Positions 1 through 9,928 of a stretch of 64,000 nt of DNA are shown here, in pieces. Under the pieces are notes generated by a model. It was not told the DNA's origin. It was given only the letters and a program-made list of their open reading frames with translations, and did not search any database. Every line of letters begins with the position of its first letter. The first letter of the stretch is position 1. Origin of the DNA: an uncultured Acidimicrobiaceae bacterium (lineage in GTDB: Bacteria; Actinomycetota; Acidimicrobiia; Spongiisociales; UBA5794); NCBI GenBank assembly GCA_964460075.1, contig CAYWPC010000008.1:19872-83871 (forward strand), given 5' to 3'. A program made the translations under genes and the position numbers.

Positions 1-1
1 T

Positions 2-121
2 CGGGTCAGGGACATCCTCGCGAACTGGTTCCCACCAAACGACGCTTCCTACATCTGGTTGCATCAGCCTCAAGTTATGTACATGCCCTACGACTGGGGC
101 CTTGGCTGCTCGGTCGCTTGA
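2..121 (+). CDS. Possible 3' end of a gene entering from the left edge (RVRDILANWF...WGLGCSVA*)
   Basis: Open frame from base 2 to TGA at 119-121, overlapping the end of the convergent 88..729 gene; product unknown. Confidence 0.35.
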   Translation, partial: RVRDILANWFPPNDASYIWLHQPQVMYMPYDWGLGCSVA

Positions 122-729
122 GAACGAGCCCTGACACCGAGAAGAAACACCGCTACAGCAACGATCGCGGCCGCCATGTCGAACGGAATCACGTATCGCA
201 TGAGATCTGCACCCGAAACTATCCAAGCTCCATTGGCTCCGAAACCTACGATCGACAGATAGTTCCATATCGACCACACACAGAACAGCCCGATAACCGA
301 TCCCGCAACGACCGCCCACGGGCGGGAAACCAACCGGTACACGCCGATCGTCACAGCCGCGACGACCCAGGCGATGTCAAGCGCCGAGAGGAGTTGGAGA
401 AACTGGGCAGAGGGGTCGAGTTGCAGCGCGGCCGAGGACGAAAGCGTCACCAGCCCGACGGTTCCGGTGACGAGAAAGACGAGACCGATCCCTCCAGCAA
501 TCGGGCGCTGCATACGTCCAAGCGATACCGCCCCAAACCACGGCTCATCGCCATATTCGAGGACGCTTATCGTCACCCCCAGCGCGAACGCTACGAGGAC
601 CACGAGCTGCACGGTGAACCACCCCGTTGGGGCGTCACCAACCCGAATCAGCAGCAGGGGAACAGAGGCGACAAGTCCTCCGACGAGCCACGGAACCGCT
701 CGCAGCACTGCCCTCTCGATCGGCGCCAC
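88..729 (-). CDS. Hypothetical integral membrane protein (~6 TM helices)
   Basis: 213-aa hydrophobic ORF starting 2 bp after the methyltransferase stop. Confidence 0.8.
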   Translation of the reverse strand: MAPIERAVLRAVPWLVGGLVASVPLLLIRVGDAPTGWFTVQLVVLVAFALGVTISVLEYGDEPWFGAVSLGRMQRPIAGGIGLVFLVTGTVGLVTLSSSAALQLDPSAQFLQLLSALDIAWVVAAVTIGVYRLVSRPWAVVAGSVIGLFCVWSIWNYLSIVGFGANGAWIVSGADLMRYVIPFDMAAAIVAVAVFLLGVRARSQATEQPRPQS

Positions 730-731
730 GA

Positions 732-1610
732 TCAGACGCTGACCGGTCGCTGCCCAACACGACCTTCGTGGATGCGCCGCTCCGCGATTTCGAGGTACTC
801 GGCACTCAGGTCGTAGCCGACGTAGTGGCGACCGGAGGCGATCGCTGCCACGGCAGTCGAGCCGGATCCGAGAAACGGATCGAGAACAAGATCGCCCGTA
901 AAGGTGTACAACTCAATGAGCCGTTTCGGCAGTTCGACTGGGAACGGTGCAGGGTGCCCGACTCTGCGGGCCGACTCGGGGAGGATGTCCCAAATCGAGA
1001 CCGTGGCTTCCAGGAACTCTGCCTTCGAGATTGTGTCCTCACCGGCTCGCAGCCGTGAGAACGATCCCTTCGACCCGACAATGACGTACTCATGGATGTC
1101 ACGGAGCGTCGGGTTCTTGGCAGAGCACCATGAGCCCCACGCACAGGAACCTCCTGCGGATTTCGCTTTCTGCCAGATGATCTCACCGCGGAGGTCGAAC
1201 CCGATCTCCGTCAACAGAGACGCTACATACTGATTCAACGGCAGATACGGTTTGCGGCCGAGATTGGCTACGTTCACGGCGACCCGTCCGCCCGGCTCAA
1301 GTACTCGGAATGACTCGCTGAAGACGCGATGGAGCAGTGCAAGGTATTCGTCGAGGCCGAGATCGTCGTCGTAGTCCTTTCCTACGTTGTACGGGGGCGA
1401 GGTGACCATGAGTGCGACACAGTTGTCAGGGATCTGGCTCATCACCTCTGACGATTCGCAGAACAGCTGGTCGACGACCGCTGCGGGAGGATCAACGACC
1501 TCTCCAACATCGATCTCGGTGCGTCTCTGGAGCATCCGGCGCGCATAGAAATCCGACGCGTCGTGTCCTTCGCGCTTCCCAACACCGAATCTGGCGGTAC
1601 TGGTTGCCAC
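732..1610 (-). CDS. Site-specific DNA methyltransferase (N4/N6 amino-MTase, beta class), orphan
   Basis: TSPPY catalytic motif precedes HPAPFP and the DPFLGSGST SAM-binding motif. Confidence 0.9.
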   Translation of the reverse strand: MATSTARFGVGKREGHDASDFYARRMLQRRTEIDVGEVVDPPAAVVDQLFCESSEVMSQIPDNCVALMVTSPPYNVGKDYDDDLGLDEYLALLHRVFSESFRVLEPGGRVAVNVANLGRKPYLPLNQYVASLLTEIGFDLRGEIIWQKAKSAGGSCAWGSWCSAKNPTLRDIHEYVIVGSKGSFSRLRAGEDTISKAEFLEATVSIWDILPESARRVGHPAPFPVELPKRLIELYTFTGDLVLDPFLGSGSTAVAAIASGRHYVGYDLSAEYLEIAERRIHEGRVGQRPVSV

Positions 1611-1664
1611 GGCTACCTCCTGACGCGGAACCGTAGCAGTGCGGACTGCAACAACTGGGGAGCG

Positions 1665-2501
1665 TCAGCGAACGATGGCCTTGTACGAACCTAGATTGAG
1701 GAGGGCAGCAGCGTTCGCAGGCGGCGGATCGAGTACACGTCTGAGGCCTTCAGGGCCGGGTTGGTGCACGAGATCGATGAAGAATCGGTAGTTCCACGCA
1801 ACACCTGCAGGTCTCGACTCGATACGAGTCAGGTTCGCTCCCCGCAAACCCAACTCTGTGAGAACGAGGGCAAGTGACCCGGGTGTGTGGGATCCGGTGA
1901 CCACGATCGTCGTTTTGTCGTCGCCTTCGCGCACCTTCGGATCCCCGACGTAGAGAACCACGAACCGCGTTGAGTTGTGATCCTTGTCCAGGACGTTCTC
2001 CACGAGCACATCCAGGCCATACGCCGCTCCGGCGCGCGGCGGCGCAAGCGCTGCGACGGTTGCATCTCCCGCCTCTGCTACTTGACGCACCGCTCCAGCG
2101 GTGTCATGTGTCGGGACGGCGTCCACTCCGAGATCGAGCAGGAAGTGTTCGGCTTGCGCGAGTGCCTGGGGATGCGATCGCACCTCGCGTATTCCATCGA
2201 TCGTCGAGCCTGGAAGCCCGTGAAGCGTGTGGCGGACCTCGACGAGATGCTCAGCGAGGATCGAGAAGCGAACGTGGCTCTCATCACCTGGGAGCCGGTC
2301 GAGCACAGGCAAGACGGATCCAGTCGTCGAATTCTCCACAGGGACGACGAGCCGATCGACGCGGCCGTGTTCTAGTGCGTCGAACGCTGAAGCGAAGCCA
2401 ATGTGGCCGATGTACTCGTCTTGCGGGAACAGTTCGCCCGCAGCGCGGTAGCTGTAGCTGTTCGGCTCGCCCTGGTATCCAATCCTCATGCCGGTTGACA
2501 C
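1665..2501 (-). CDS. pheA: Prephenate dehydratase
   Basis: YQGEPNSYS, PVENSTTGSV, SHPQALAQ, NSTRF and ACT-domain NLTRIESRP motifs. Confidence 0.92.
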   Translation of the reverse strand: MSTGMRIGYQGEPNSYSYRAAGELFPQDEYIGHIGFASAFDALEHGRVDRLVVPVENSTTGSVLPVLDRLPGDESHVRFSILAEHLVEVRHTLHGLPGSTIDGIREVRSHPQALAQAEHFLLDLGVDAVPTHDTAGAVRQVAEAGDATVAALAPPRAGAAYGLDVLVENVLDKDHNSTRFVVLYVGDPKVREGDDKTTIVVTGSHTPGSLALVLTELGLRGANLTRIESRPAGVAWNYRFFIDLVHQPGPEGLRRVLDPPPANAAALLNLGSYKAIVR

Positions 2502-2549
2502 TAATGGGTCGTGTGCCGATGACGACTCCGACAGCTATTGGTAGCCGAG

Positions 2550-4709
2550 TCAGGTTGCCCTGTCGAGGAGCACAGCAAGGTCCGCGACGACTACCTGCTC
2601 ATCGACGCCGATCTCTTTCACACCGTCGTCGAGCATCACGTAGCAGAACGGGCAACCCGTCGCGATCACATCTGCCCCGGTTCCTACCGCCTCTTCGGTC
2701 CGTTCGATGTTCACCTTCTTGCCCGTGTGCTCCTCGAACCAGAACTTTCCTCCTCCTGCACCACAGCAGAACGATTCTGATTTGCTGCGCGCCATCTCGA
2801 CACGTACGCCGGTTGAATCGACGACGCTGCGCGGTGCAAGGAATGTGTCGTTGTGACGACCGAGATAGCAGGGATCATGGAACACGATCGACTCCCCCGC
2901 CGACGTCGGAGTCAGCTTGCCCTCCGCGACGAGGGCGCTGAACAGCTCGGAGTGATGAATGACGGTGTACTCGCCGCCGAACTGCGGGTATTCGTTCCCG
3001 ATCGTGTTGAGACAGTGCGGGCACTGGGTGACGATCTTGTCGACCCCCAGGTCGTTGAGTGTCTCGATGTTTTGCAGCGCAAGACCCTGGAAGACGTACT
3101 CATTGCCTGTCCTGCGAGCAGGGTCGCCTGTGCACAGCTCACGTGGTCCGAGGATCGCGAAGTCGACTCCTGCTTTGTGTAGCAGCCGCGCCGTTGCGAG
3201 CGTCACGTTGCGGTTCCTGTCGTCGAAGGATCCGGCGCAGCCGACCCACATCAGGTACTCGGCGGTGACACCCGGTTCGCCGAGCCGCTTCACGTCGAAG
3301 TCGAGGTCGTCTACCCAGTCACCGCGAGTGGTTTGATCGAGCCCATAGGGGTTCGACGAGTTCTCCATCGAGACGTACGACTTCCCCAACTCGGATGGGA
3401 ACTCCGCCTCCATAAGCGACAGGTACCTGCGCATGTCGAGGATCTTGTCGAGGATCTCAATATCTGCAGGACATATCTCGTCACAGGCGCGACATGTCGT
3501 GCACGCCCAAAGCTCCTCGGGCGTGATCAACTCGAACACGCTCTGAGACGTGACCGTGATAGATCCGTCCACACCGACAGGGGGAGACTGAGCAGGATCA
3601 GCGGTGAGCGATGCGACCGTTCCAAGCTTGAGAACGATCTCTCGTGGATCTAGCGGCTTGCCAGTCGTATTCGCCGGGCACACGGAAGTGCAGCGACCGC
3701 AGATAGTGCACGCATCGGTGTCGAGAAGCTGCTTCCACGTGAACTCTGCAACGATCGAAGCTCCGACCGTCTCGATGTCCGTGGCCTCCATCAAGTTGGG
3801 CATTGCACGCATTGCACCCTTGGGACGTTCCCGTGCGGAAAGGGCAAGGTTTGCAGGTGTCGTCACCATGTGCCGCAACTTCGTGGTTGGCAGGAGCACG
3901 AGAAACACGACGAAAGCAACGACGTGCGCAATCCAGAAAATCTGGTGAAGTCCGCTTGCAGTTGCCACAGGCACGAGGTTCGAAAGCGGGAATCCCACAA
4001 AGGACCATTTCTCGAATGCAGGCTGGGCGGCGAGCGCGATGCGGGCAGCCTCGGTCGCGAGTCCCGTAACCCCGATAGCGCCAAGAGTGAACAAGATCCA
4101 GGCGTCCTCTGGCCGCGACTTGGATCGGATACGCCACGGCTTCACGCCGTATCTACGAATCGCGGCCCACACGACCCCTGTGAGGAAGGCAATTGCCGCA
4201 GCGTCGAGAACGGCGGAGAACCCTAGGTAGAAGTTCGAGTAGAGAAACTTGAAGCCTGCAGGGGCCAGGTGGTCGATCTCTAGCGTCACCGTTCCCAGGA
4301 AGAGAACGATGAAGCCGTAGTACATGAGTGCGTGCATCACGCCTGCGGCTGGGTCCTCCATGACCGTGCGCATCGAGACACCATCACGAAACCGATTGAG
4401 TCGCTTCTTGAGATCGCCACTGCGACGTTCCCACGAGCCGCGCTCCCAGTTACGTGCCCGCTGCGCGAACAGCCCAACGGATACACCAAGAAACGTTGCA
4501 ACGACGACATAGAACATTGCTTCGATGAGTTGTGGGATGTTGCCGAAGACTTCGCGAGCAACGGCGAACTCCCGTTCCCCTGGGAATGTTGCGAGCCACC
4601 ACAAGGCGAGCGTGCCGAGTACGGAGAGAACAGCGACGATCCCGAGAAGCTTCGAGGCCGACGGAGGCGATGGCGTGGTCGGCTTCTTGTCGGTATCCGT
4701 CGTGGTCAC
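2550..4709 (-). CDS. Membrane Fe-S oxidoreductase (FadF/HdrD-like, CCG domains)
   Basis: N-terminal TM region, two 4Fe-4S motifs (CTICGRCTSVCP, CTTCRACDEICP), CCG-type motifs (CPHC, HDPCYLGR, CCGAGGG, CPFC). Confidence 0.9.
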   Translation of the reverse strand: MTTTDTDKKPTTPSPPSASKLLGIVAVLSVLGTLALWWLATFPGEREFAVAREVFGNIPQLIEAMFYVVVATFLGVSVGLFAQRARNWERGSWERRSGDLKKRLNRFRDGVSMRTVMEDPAAGVMHALMYYGFIVLFLGTVTLEIDHLAPAGFKFLYSNFYLGFSAVLDAAAIAFLTGVVWAAIRRYGVKPWRIRSKSRPEDAWILFTLGAIGVTGLATEAARIALAAQPAFEKWSFVGFPLSNLVPVATASGLHQIFWIAHVVAFVVFLVLLPTTKLRHMVTTPANLALSARERPKGAMRAMPNLMEATDIETVGASIVAEFTWKQLLDTDACTICGRCTSVCPANTTGKPLDPREIVLKLGTVASLTADPAQSPPVGVDGSITVTSQSVFELITPEELWACTTCRACDEICPADIEILDKILDMRRYLSLMEAEFPSELGKSYVSMENSSNPYGLDQTTRGDWVDDLDFDVKRLGEPGVTAEYLMWVGCAGSFDDRNRNVTLATARLLHKAGVDFAILGPRELCTGDPARRTGNEYVFQGLALQNIETLNDLGVDKIVTQCPHCLNTIGNEYPQFGGEYTVIHHSELFSALVAEGKLTPTSAGESIVFHDPCYLGRHNDTFLAPRSVVDSTGVRVEMARSKSESFCCGAGGGKFWFEEHTGKKVNIERTEEAVGTGADVIATGCPFCYVMLDDGVKEIGVDEQVVVADLAVLLDRAT

Positions 4710-4806
4710 TCAACGCTCCTTCGCTCCAGACGGTGAGATTCTAGGCGTCAGAGAGTACCGTCCCGAATTGTCCCGATCCGGGCTCGAATGCTCGGAGATT
4801 CGCCGA

Positions 4807-5577
4807 TCAGGACTCGGCTGGGGGCTCACTCTGTGGGTCAGCTTCAGCGATCGGTCCAGGCGGCGGCACGAGACCGAGTTCGGCCTTGAGCTCCTCAAGC
4901 TTCGCATCTGCCTGGACGACGTTGATAGCCGCCCTCAGCTCTGCCTCAGCACCTTCAGGGGTTGCTTCGTGGAGTTCAGCTTTCGCCATCGCGTCCGCCT
5001 TGCGCTGCTCGATTTTGGCCTCGACCTGATCGAGAGAAGGACCCGAGTCAGACATCGAGGACGACATGGCGTGCACCGCGTCGTTGACGGCCTCCTGCAT
5101 CTTTGCCTGCTCAAGTTGTCCAAGAAGCTCCATCCGCCTTGCAGACAGCTCCTGCAACTTCAGGGCGTTCTGTTGCACGGCTTCCTTCGCCTGCTCAGAC
5201 TGTGCCTGTGCAACCGAGAATTGCTCCTTCAGCGACGCGAGGCTGTTCTCGGAAGCCTGAAGCTTCATAGCAATGGATTGCGCAGCTCTCGTCCACTTCT
5301 CGACAGCTTCCGTGTCGCCAGCTGATTTCGCTGCTTCGGCCTTGAGGATCGCCTGTTTCGCGAGCTCTCTGGCTTCGCCTGCGTCATCTGCGGACTTGTC
5401 GATCTGACTCTCCAGCTGTGTTCGGTGCGACACAACCTTGGCCGCCTGATTCCGCAGTTCCTGATCCTGCTTCTTGGCCGTATCGATGGCTGCTTCGATC
5501 TCGATTTTGGGATCCATGGCGTTGTCTGCCGTGGTCTTGAACCAGGCCTTGATGTAGGCCAGAATGCGAGAGAACAT
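4807..5577 (-). CDS. pspA: PspA/IM30 (Vipp1) family protein
   Basis: Amphipathic N-terminus MFSRILAYIKAWF, DPKIEIE and long coiled coil with QLEQAKMQE. Confidence 0.88.
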   Translation of the reverse strand: MFSRILAYIKAWFKTTADNAMDPKIEIEAAIDTAKKQDQELRNQAAKVVSHRTQLESQIDKSADDAGEARELAKQAILKAEAAKSAGDTEAVEKWTRAAQSIAMKLQASENSLASLKEQFSVAQAQSEQAKEAVQQNALKLQELSARRMELLGQLEQAKMQEAVNDAVHAMSSSMSDSGPSLDQVEAKIEQRKADAMAKAELHEATPEGAEAELRAAINVVQADAKLEELKAELGLVPPPGPIAEADPQSEPPAES

Positions 5578-5642
5578 ATCGCCCCCAGGGGTGCTCGGTA
5601 GGTGTGCTCGACATACTAGAACTCAACGGAGCGGTCTACCGT

Positions 5643-6710
5643 CTACCCGCGTCGACGACCGCCGCCTCGCATCCGTGGAATGCGTTGACGTGTTTGTCCT
5701 CGTGACCGCGCATAGCCACCTCTGGTTCGCCCGATCGTTCGCATCCCCTGGGTTGCCAGAAGGATCCCGATGAGATCGCCAGCACCGTAGGAGGAGCGAC
5801 GTTGTGATCGGCGCTGGTATTGGGAGACAGCCGAACCGGTGCCTGCCGACTCCCTCACCTGCGGTGTCGGCGATGCATCAAGCAGTGACGCGTATGGCGG
5901 CGGACTCGGCTTCTCGGGAAGAGGCTTTCCGTCGAGGATCGCCTCGACACTGTCGAGCCGCCACACGGCAAGGTCGAGCTCGGTGTCCAACTCGACGATC
6001 GCCCGACCGGATGTCATTGCACCAAGACGATCACTGGCGTCCGTGTACGTGTCGACCGCAGCAGCAAACGCCTCTTGCGCCTCGGCGTTGTCCGACAGTC
6101 TCACTTCGTCCTCGAAGTCGAGAATGTCGTTGGCGATTGCGTCAATCTGTAGTTGCGCGGCAGCTCGTAGCTTCTCGACCTGCCCTGCCGCACGGGTCCG
6201 CTGCCGTCTGGAGGCGCCAGCCGAGAACAGTGCGAAGGCACCAGCGACAACGATTCCGAATCCAAGGAAGAGCCAGAGCCCCGACGATCCGCTGCTCGGC
6301 GGATCCAACAGCGCGCCGACGAATCTCGTGACAACATCGTTGGATGTCGTACCCGACAGCGCAACGTCAAGAGCTGCGTCGAGTTGTCGATTTGTCCACG
6401 TATCGCCTGCTGAGGCCCATCCGACGCTTTCAGGGCCCACGACAAGAATCGTCCCAGCACCCGAAGGCAAGTTGTCAAGGACACCATCTGCGAAGGTCGT
6501 CGCTCCACTGGGAGGTTCAGCCGAAAGCACCACAACCGACAGCGCCCCACCGTCGAACCTCGCCTCGGACACTGCCTCGCCAACAACGTCTGGCGTCGCA
6601 TCTGCGCCGGCTTCGATGAAATAGCCGTCTTGGGCAACCGGAACAGCGACCTGAGCAGGCGTCGCCCCGAGAGCGAACACAACTGCGAGAAGAGATACCA
6701 ACACTTTCAT
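5643..6710 (-). CDS. Hypothetical membrane protein (signal peptide, TPM-like extracellular domain, TM helix, helical cytoplasmic domain, Arg/Gly-rich tail)
   Basis: Architecture read from the translation; directly upstream of pspA. Confidence 0.75.
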   Translation of the reverse strand: MKVLVSLLAVVFALGATPAQVAVPVAQDGYFIEAGADATPDVVGEAVSEARFDGGALSVVVLSAEPPSGATTFADGVLDNLPSGAGTILVVGPESVGWASAGDTWTNRQLDAALDVALSGTTSNDVVTRFVGALLDPPSSGSSGLWLFLGFGIVVAGAFALFSAGASRRQRTRAAGQVEKLRAAAQLQIDAIANDILDFEDEVRLSDNAEAQEAFAAAVDTYTDASDRLGAMTSGRAIVELDTELDLAVWRLDSVEAILDGKPLPEKPSPPPYASLLDASPTPQVRESAGTGSAVSQYQRRSQRRSSYGAGDLIGILLATQGMRTIGRTRGGYARSRGQTRQRIPRMRGGGRRRG

Positions 6711-6746
6711 GGGGCCAGGGTACGCACAGGGTCGCTCGTGAGCGAG

Positions 6747-7652
6747 TTATCTCCCGAGAAGCGCCCTGGCGAAGAAGATCAGGTTGGCCGGCCGCTCGGC
6801 CAGACGTCTGGTCAGATACGGATACCACGCTTCTCCGTACGGCACGTACACACGAACGTCGTGGCCCAGTCCAACCAGCTCACGCTGTCGATCTCTTCGT
6901 ACGCCGTAGAGCATCTGGAACTCCCACGACTCGGTACGCCTCGTCGCTGCCTCAAGCACGGGTTCGATCCGTCCGTCGTCGTGACTTGCAATAGCAGGAT
7001 GTGTCGTAGCGGAACGCATCAACGAGGAGGCCAACCGGTCATACGATTGGTCGACCTCAGATTTGGACTGGTAGGCAACGTCTTCCGGCTCGGCATAGGC
7101 GCCTTTGCACAGGCGCACGTGGCCACCGAGCGGCATTACTCGCTCAAGGTCCGCTTCGCTTCTGCGCAGATACGCCTGGATCGCGATGCCGAGATTGCCG
7201 TGCTCACGCTGCACGCTCTCGTATATCGAGATCGTCGTTTCCGTGTACATCGAATCTTCCATGTCGATCGTGACCGACATCCCAATTCCGTCGGCGGCTG
7301 CGGCAATGTCACCGACGTGTTCGCGGGCCACACCATCGTCGAGGCCCATGCCGAGTTGCGTCAGCTTGACGGAGATGTTCGCCTCGAGATCGGCTGCATC
7401 GACCGCTGCAACACAGGTTATGTAGGACTCTTTGCAGGCTCTAGCTTCTTCGAGGTTCGAGACGTGCTCACCGAGATGATCGAGCGAAACCTTGAGGCCT
7501 TCATCGTTGAGCAACCGGGCCGCGGCTATTGCATCGTCGAGCGACACACCCGCCACGAAACGCTGTGCGACTCTGCGGCCCATCTTCGTGTCCGTTACGA
7601 GCTTTCTCGTAACGGACCGCTCCGTGACCCCGAGCACCGCAGACCTGATCAC
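6747..7652 (-). CDS. Monofunctional proline dehydrogenase
   Basis: SLDHLGE, ISVKLTQLG, IDME, VRLCKGAY, EFQMLYG, YVPYG...RRLAERPAN; GTGA overlap with the proC stop. Confidence 0.93.
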   Translation of the reverse strand: MIRSAVLGVTERSVTRKLVTDTKMGRRVAQRFVAGVSLDDAIAAARLLNDEGLKVSLDHLGEHVSNLEEARACKESYITCVAAVDAADLEANISVKLTQLGMGLDDGVAREHVGDIAAAADGIGMSVTIDMEDSMYTETTISIYESVQREHGNLGIAIQAYLRRSEADLERVMPLGGHVRLCKGAYAEPEDVAYQSKSEVDQSYDRLASSLMRSATTHPAIASHDDGRIEPVLEAATRRTESWEFQMLYGVRRDRQRELVGLGHDVRVYVPYGEAWYPYLTRRLAERPANLIFFARALLGR

Positions 7653-8464
7653 TCAGATGCCCTCTTCCCGAGTTCCCTCGACCGACGTCCTGCTGCCTGA
7701 ATGGCGTCCTCGACGAGGGCACGGAAGCCGCCCTCCTCGAGCACGTGCATCGCTGCGGCCGTCGTCCCGCCGGGGGACGTCACCTCACCGCGCAGCCGAA
7801 ACGCCGACTTCTCTGAAGCAGCGAGCAGAGCTCCCGCGCCCCACAGGGTCTGGTGTACAAGCTTCTCTGCGGCGTGATGCGGGAGACCTTCGCGTATCGC
7901 TGCTTCGATCATCGACTCTGCCAGCAGGAACACATACGCCGGTCCAGTGCCAGACACGGCGGTGACTGCGTCGAGGAGATCTTCCGTGAGTTCGACCGTC
8001 TCGCCGACAGCGCCAAGGATGGCAGACGCGCGCTGAATGTCGATCTCACCGACACTTGTACCGACGGCGATAGCTGTCATGCCAAGATCCACGGCCGACG
8101 GTGTGTTCGGCATCGCACGGATAATGGGGATGCCGGGAAGCGCGTCCTCGAAGGTGGCGATCGGTACCCCTGCTGCTATCGAGACCACGGTTTGGTTAGG
8201 TTGCATGATCGGCGCGATCGCGTCAAGCACTGATCGAACGTCCTTCGGCTTCACAGCGACGAGGGCTATGTCCTTGTCCTCGGCGGCCTCGCTGAGCGAC
8301 AGCGTTGTGGGAATCCCTGTCGAGTACTCGAGTTCCCTTGCACGCTCCTCGCGCCTCGTCACGAGGGAGATCTCACAGATGTCCCATCCAGCGCGCAGTA
8401 GACCGGATGCGAAAATCTCCCCCATCGATCCTGCGCCGAGCACGGCAACGGTTGGCCTGTCCAT
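7649..8464 (-). CDS. proC: Pyrroline-5-carboxylate reductase
   Basis: GAGSMG Rossmann motif, AVKP, RAMPNTP, SGTGPAY, VTSPGGTT; start reassigned to ATG at 8464. Confidence 0.93.
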   Translation of the reverse strand: MDRPTVAVLGAGSMGEIFASGLLRAGWDICEISLVTRREERARELEYSTGIPTTLSLSEAAEDKDIALVAVKPKDVRSVLDAIAPIMQPNQTVVSIAAGVPIATFEDALPGIPIIRAMPNTPSAVDLGMTAIAVGTSVGEIDIQRASAILGAVGETVELTEDLLDAVTAVSGTGPAYVFLLAESMIEAAIREGLPHHAAEKLVHQTLWGAGALLAASEKSAFRLRGEVTSPGGTTAAAMHVLEEGGFRALVEDAIQAAGRRSRELGKRASE

Positions 8465-8511
8465 GACACGCAGAGTATCGCGGAAACGGCGAGGTACCCT
8501 ATCGTTCGCGT

Positions 8512-9915
8512 GTGGACGACCTTTCCTCAGACGAGTGGGCAGCCTTCTCACCAAATCACGAGCGTTCGGGTTCAACGCGTTTGGGCTTACCTGAGTACAT
8601 TGCGGCGGTGATCGGCGTCCTGATCGTGATCGGTCTCGTCGTGCTGTGGCCGTCGGGGACCGCCAAGGAGACAGCATCTTCGAGTTTCGCCGTCTTGGGC
8701 GTGCCAAGTGAGTTCCACGAGGCAATCGTCACAGAGGTCATCTCTGCTCCATGTCCCAGCACGCCAGACACCGAGTGCAACTCTGTCTCGTTCGAACTCA
8801 CCAAAGGTCCAGAGACCGGACAGTCCTACACACAGGAGTTCACCGCCGACGATATCGTCCCGGATTTCTCCGTCGGCGGCCGAGTCGTGCTGTCACGAAT
8901 TGCCCCTGGCGGCGTAATCGTCGGGCTGAAGGACGCGCCGTGCGCATTCGACCAGGAGGCAACCTGCACCGAGGCCGAATTGCGGCTCTTCACAGGACCG
9001 AACACGGGATCGATTGGCTCGGTGTTGCTGTTCCCTGGCCAGGAAACCGGGCTGTTTCCAACCAGAGAAGTGATGGTCACGTTCGACTTCGACGGCGAGA
9101 TCCTCGCCATTGCACCTGCGACCCTCGAGGCCATGTATCGCTACTCGGACTACCAGCGCCGATGGTTCCTCGCAGCCATCGCCGCCTTGTTCGCATTGGC
9201 CGTGATCGCCCTAGGGAGGTGGAAGGGCTTAGCTGCACTCTCTGGACTCGGCTTGTCGGTCGTGATCATCGTGTTCTGGCTGATTCCATCGCTCATCGAG
9301 GGAAATCCGGCCGTTGCCGTCGCGATGGTTGGAGCATCCGCAGTTGCTTACCTTGCGCTCTATGTGTCCCACGGCGTGAATCGAATGTCGACGATTGCAC
9401 TCCTAGCGACACTCTCTGCCCTGTTTCTCACCACCGGGCTTTCGTGGCTCACGACGGTTCTCGCACAGTTCACCGGATTGGCGACCGAAGAGGCCACGCT
9501 GCTGCTCACAATTCGGGGATTCGATATCCGAGGACTGCTCATTGCAGGGATAGTGATAGGGGCAGCAGGCGCTCTCGACGATGTGACCGTGACACAAGCC
9601 TCAGCCATTGCGGAGATCAGATCTGCGAATCCAAGTATCGGAAACAAGCAACTCTTCGCGCGCGGCATGGCTATCGGGCGTGCCCACGTCGGGTCGATCG
9701 TCAACACGCTCGTCCTCGCCTACCTCGGTGCGGCGCTCCCCCTCACGATCCTGTTCGTACTCGCTCAACAGTCGTTCGGGGCAGTAGCCAACAGCGAGGT
9801 CGTCGCCGTCGAGATCGTTCGTTCCCTCGTCGGAACGATCGGGATCGTGGCTGCGGTCCCACTCGCCACATGGATGGCGACCGTGTGGCCCTCCACGTAC
9901 CGTCACCAACACTGA
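8512..9915 (+). CDS. YibE/F family membrane protein
   Basis: DYQR, GALDDVTVTQAS, HVGSIVNTLVLAYLGAALP and EIVRSLVG motifs. Confidence 0.88.
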   Translation: MDDLSSDEWAAFSPNHERSGSTRLGLPEYIAAVIGVLIVIGLVVLWPSGTAKETASSSFAVLGVPSEFHEAIVTEVISAPCPSTPDTECNSVSFELTKGPETGQSYTQEFTADDIVPDFSVGGRVVLSRIAPGGVIVGLKDAPCAFDQEATCTEAELRLFTGPNTGSIGSVLLFPGQETGLFPTREVMVTFDFDGEILAIAPATLEAMYRYSDYQRRWFLAAIAALFALAVIALGRWKGLAALSGLGLSVVIIVFWLIPSLIEGNPAVAVAMVGASAVAYLALYVSHGVNRMSTIALLATLSALFLTTGLSWLTTVLAQFTGLATEEATLLLTIRGFDIRGLLIAGIVIGAAGALDDVTVTQASAIAEIRSANPSIGNKQLFARGMAIGRAHVGSIVNTLVLAYLGAALPLTILFVLAQQSFGAVANSEVVAVEIVRSLVGTIGIVAAVPLATWMATVWPSTYRHQH

Positions 9916-9928
9916 CGCTGACAAGGCG

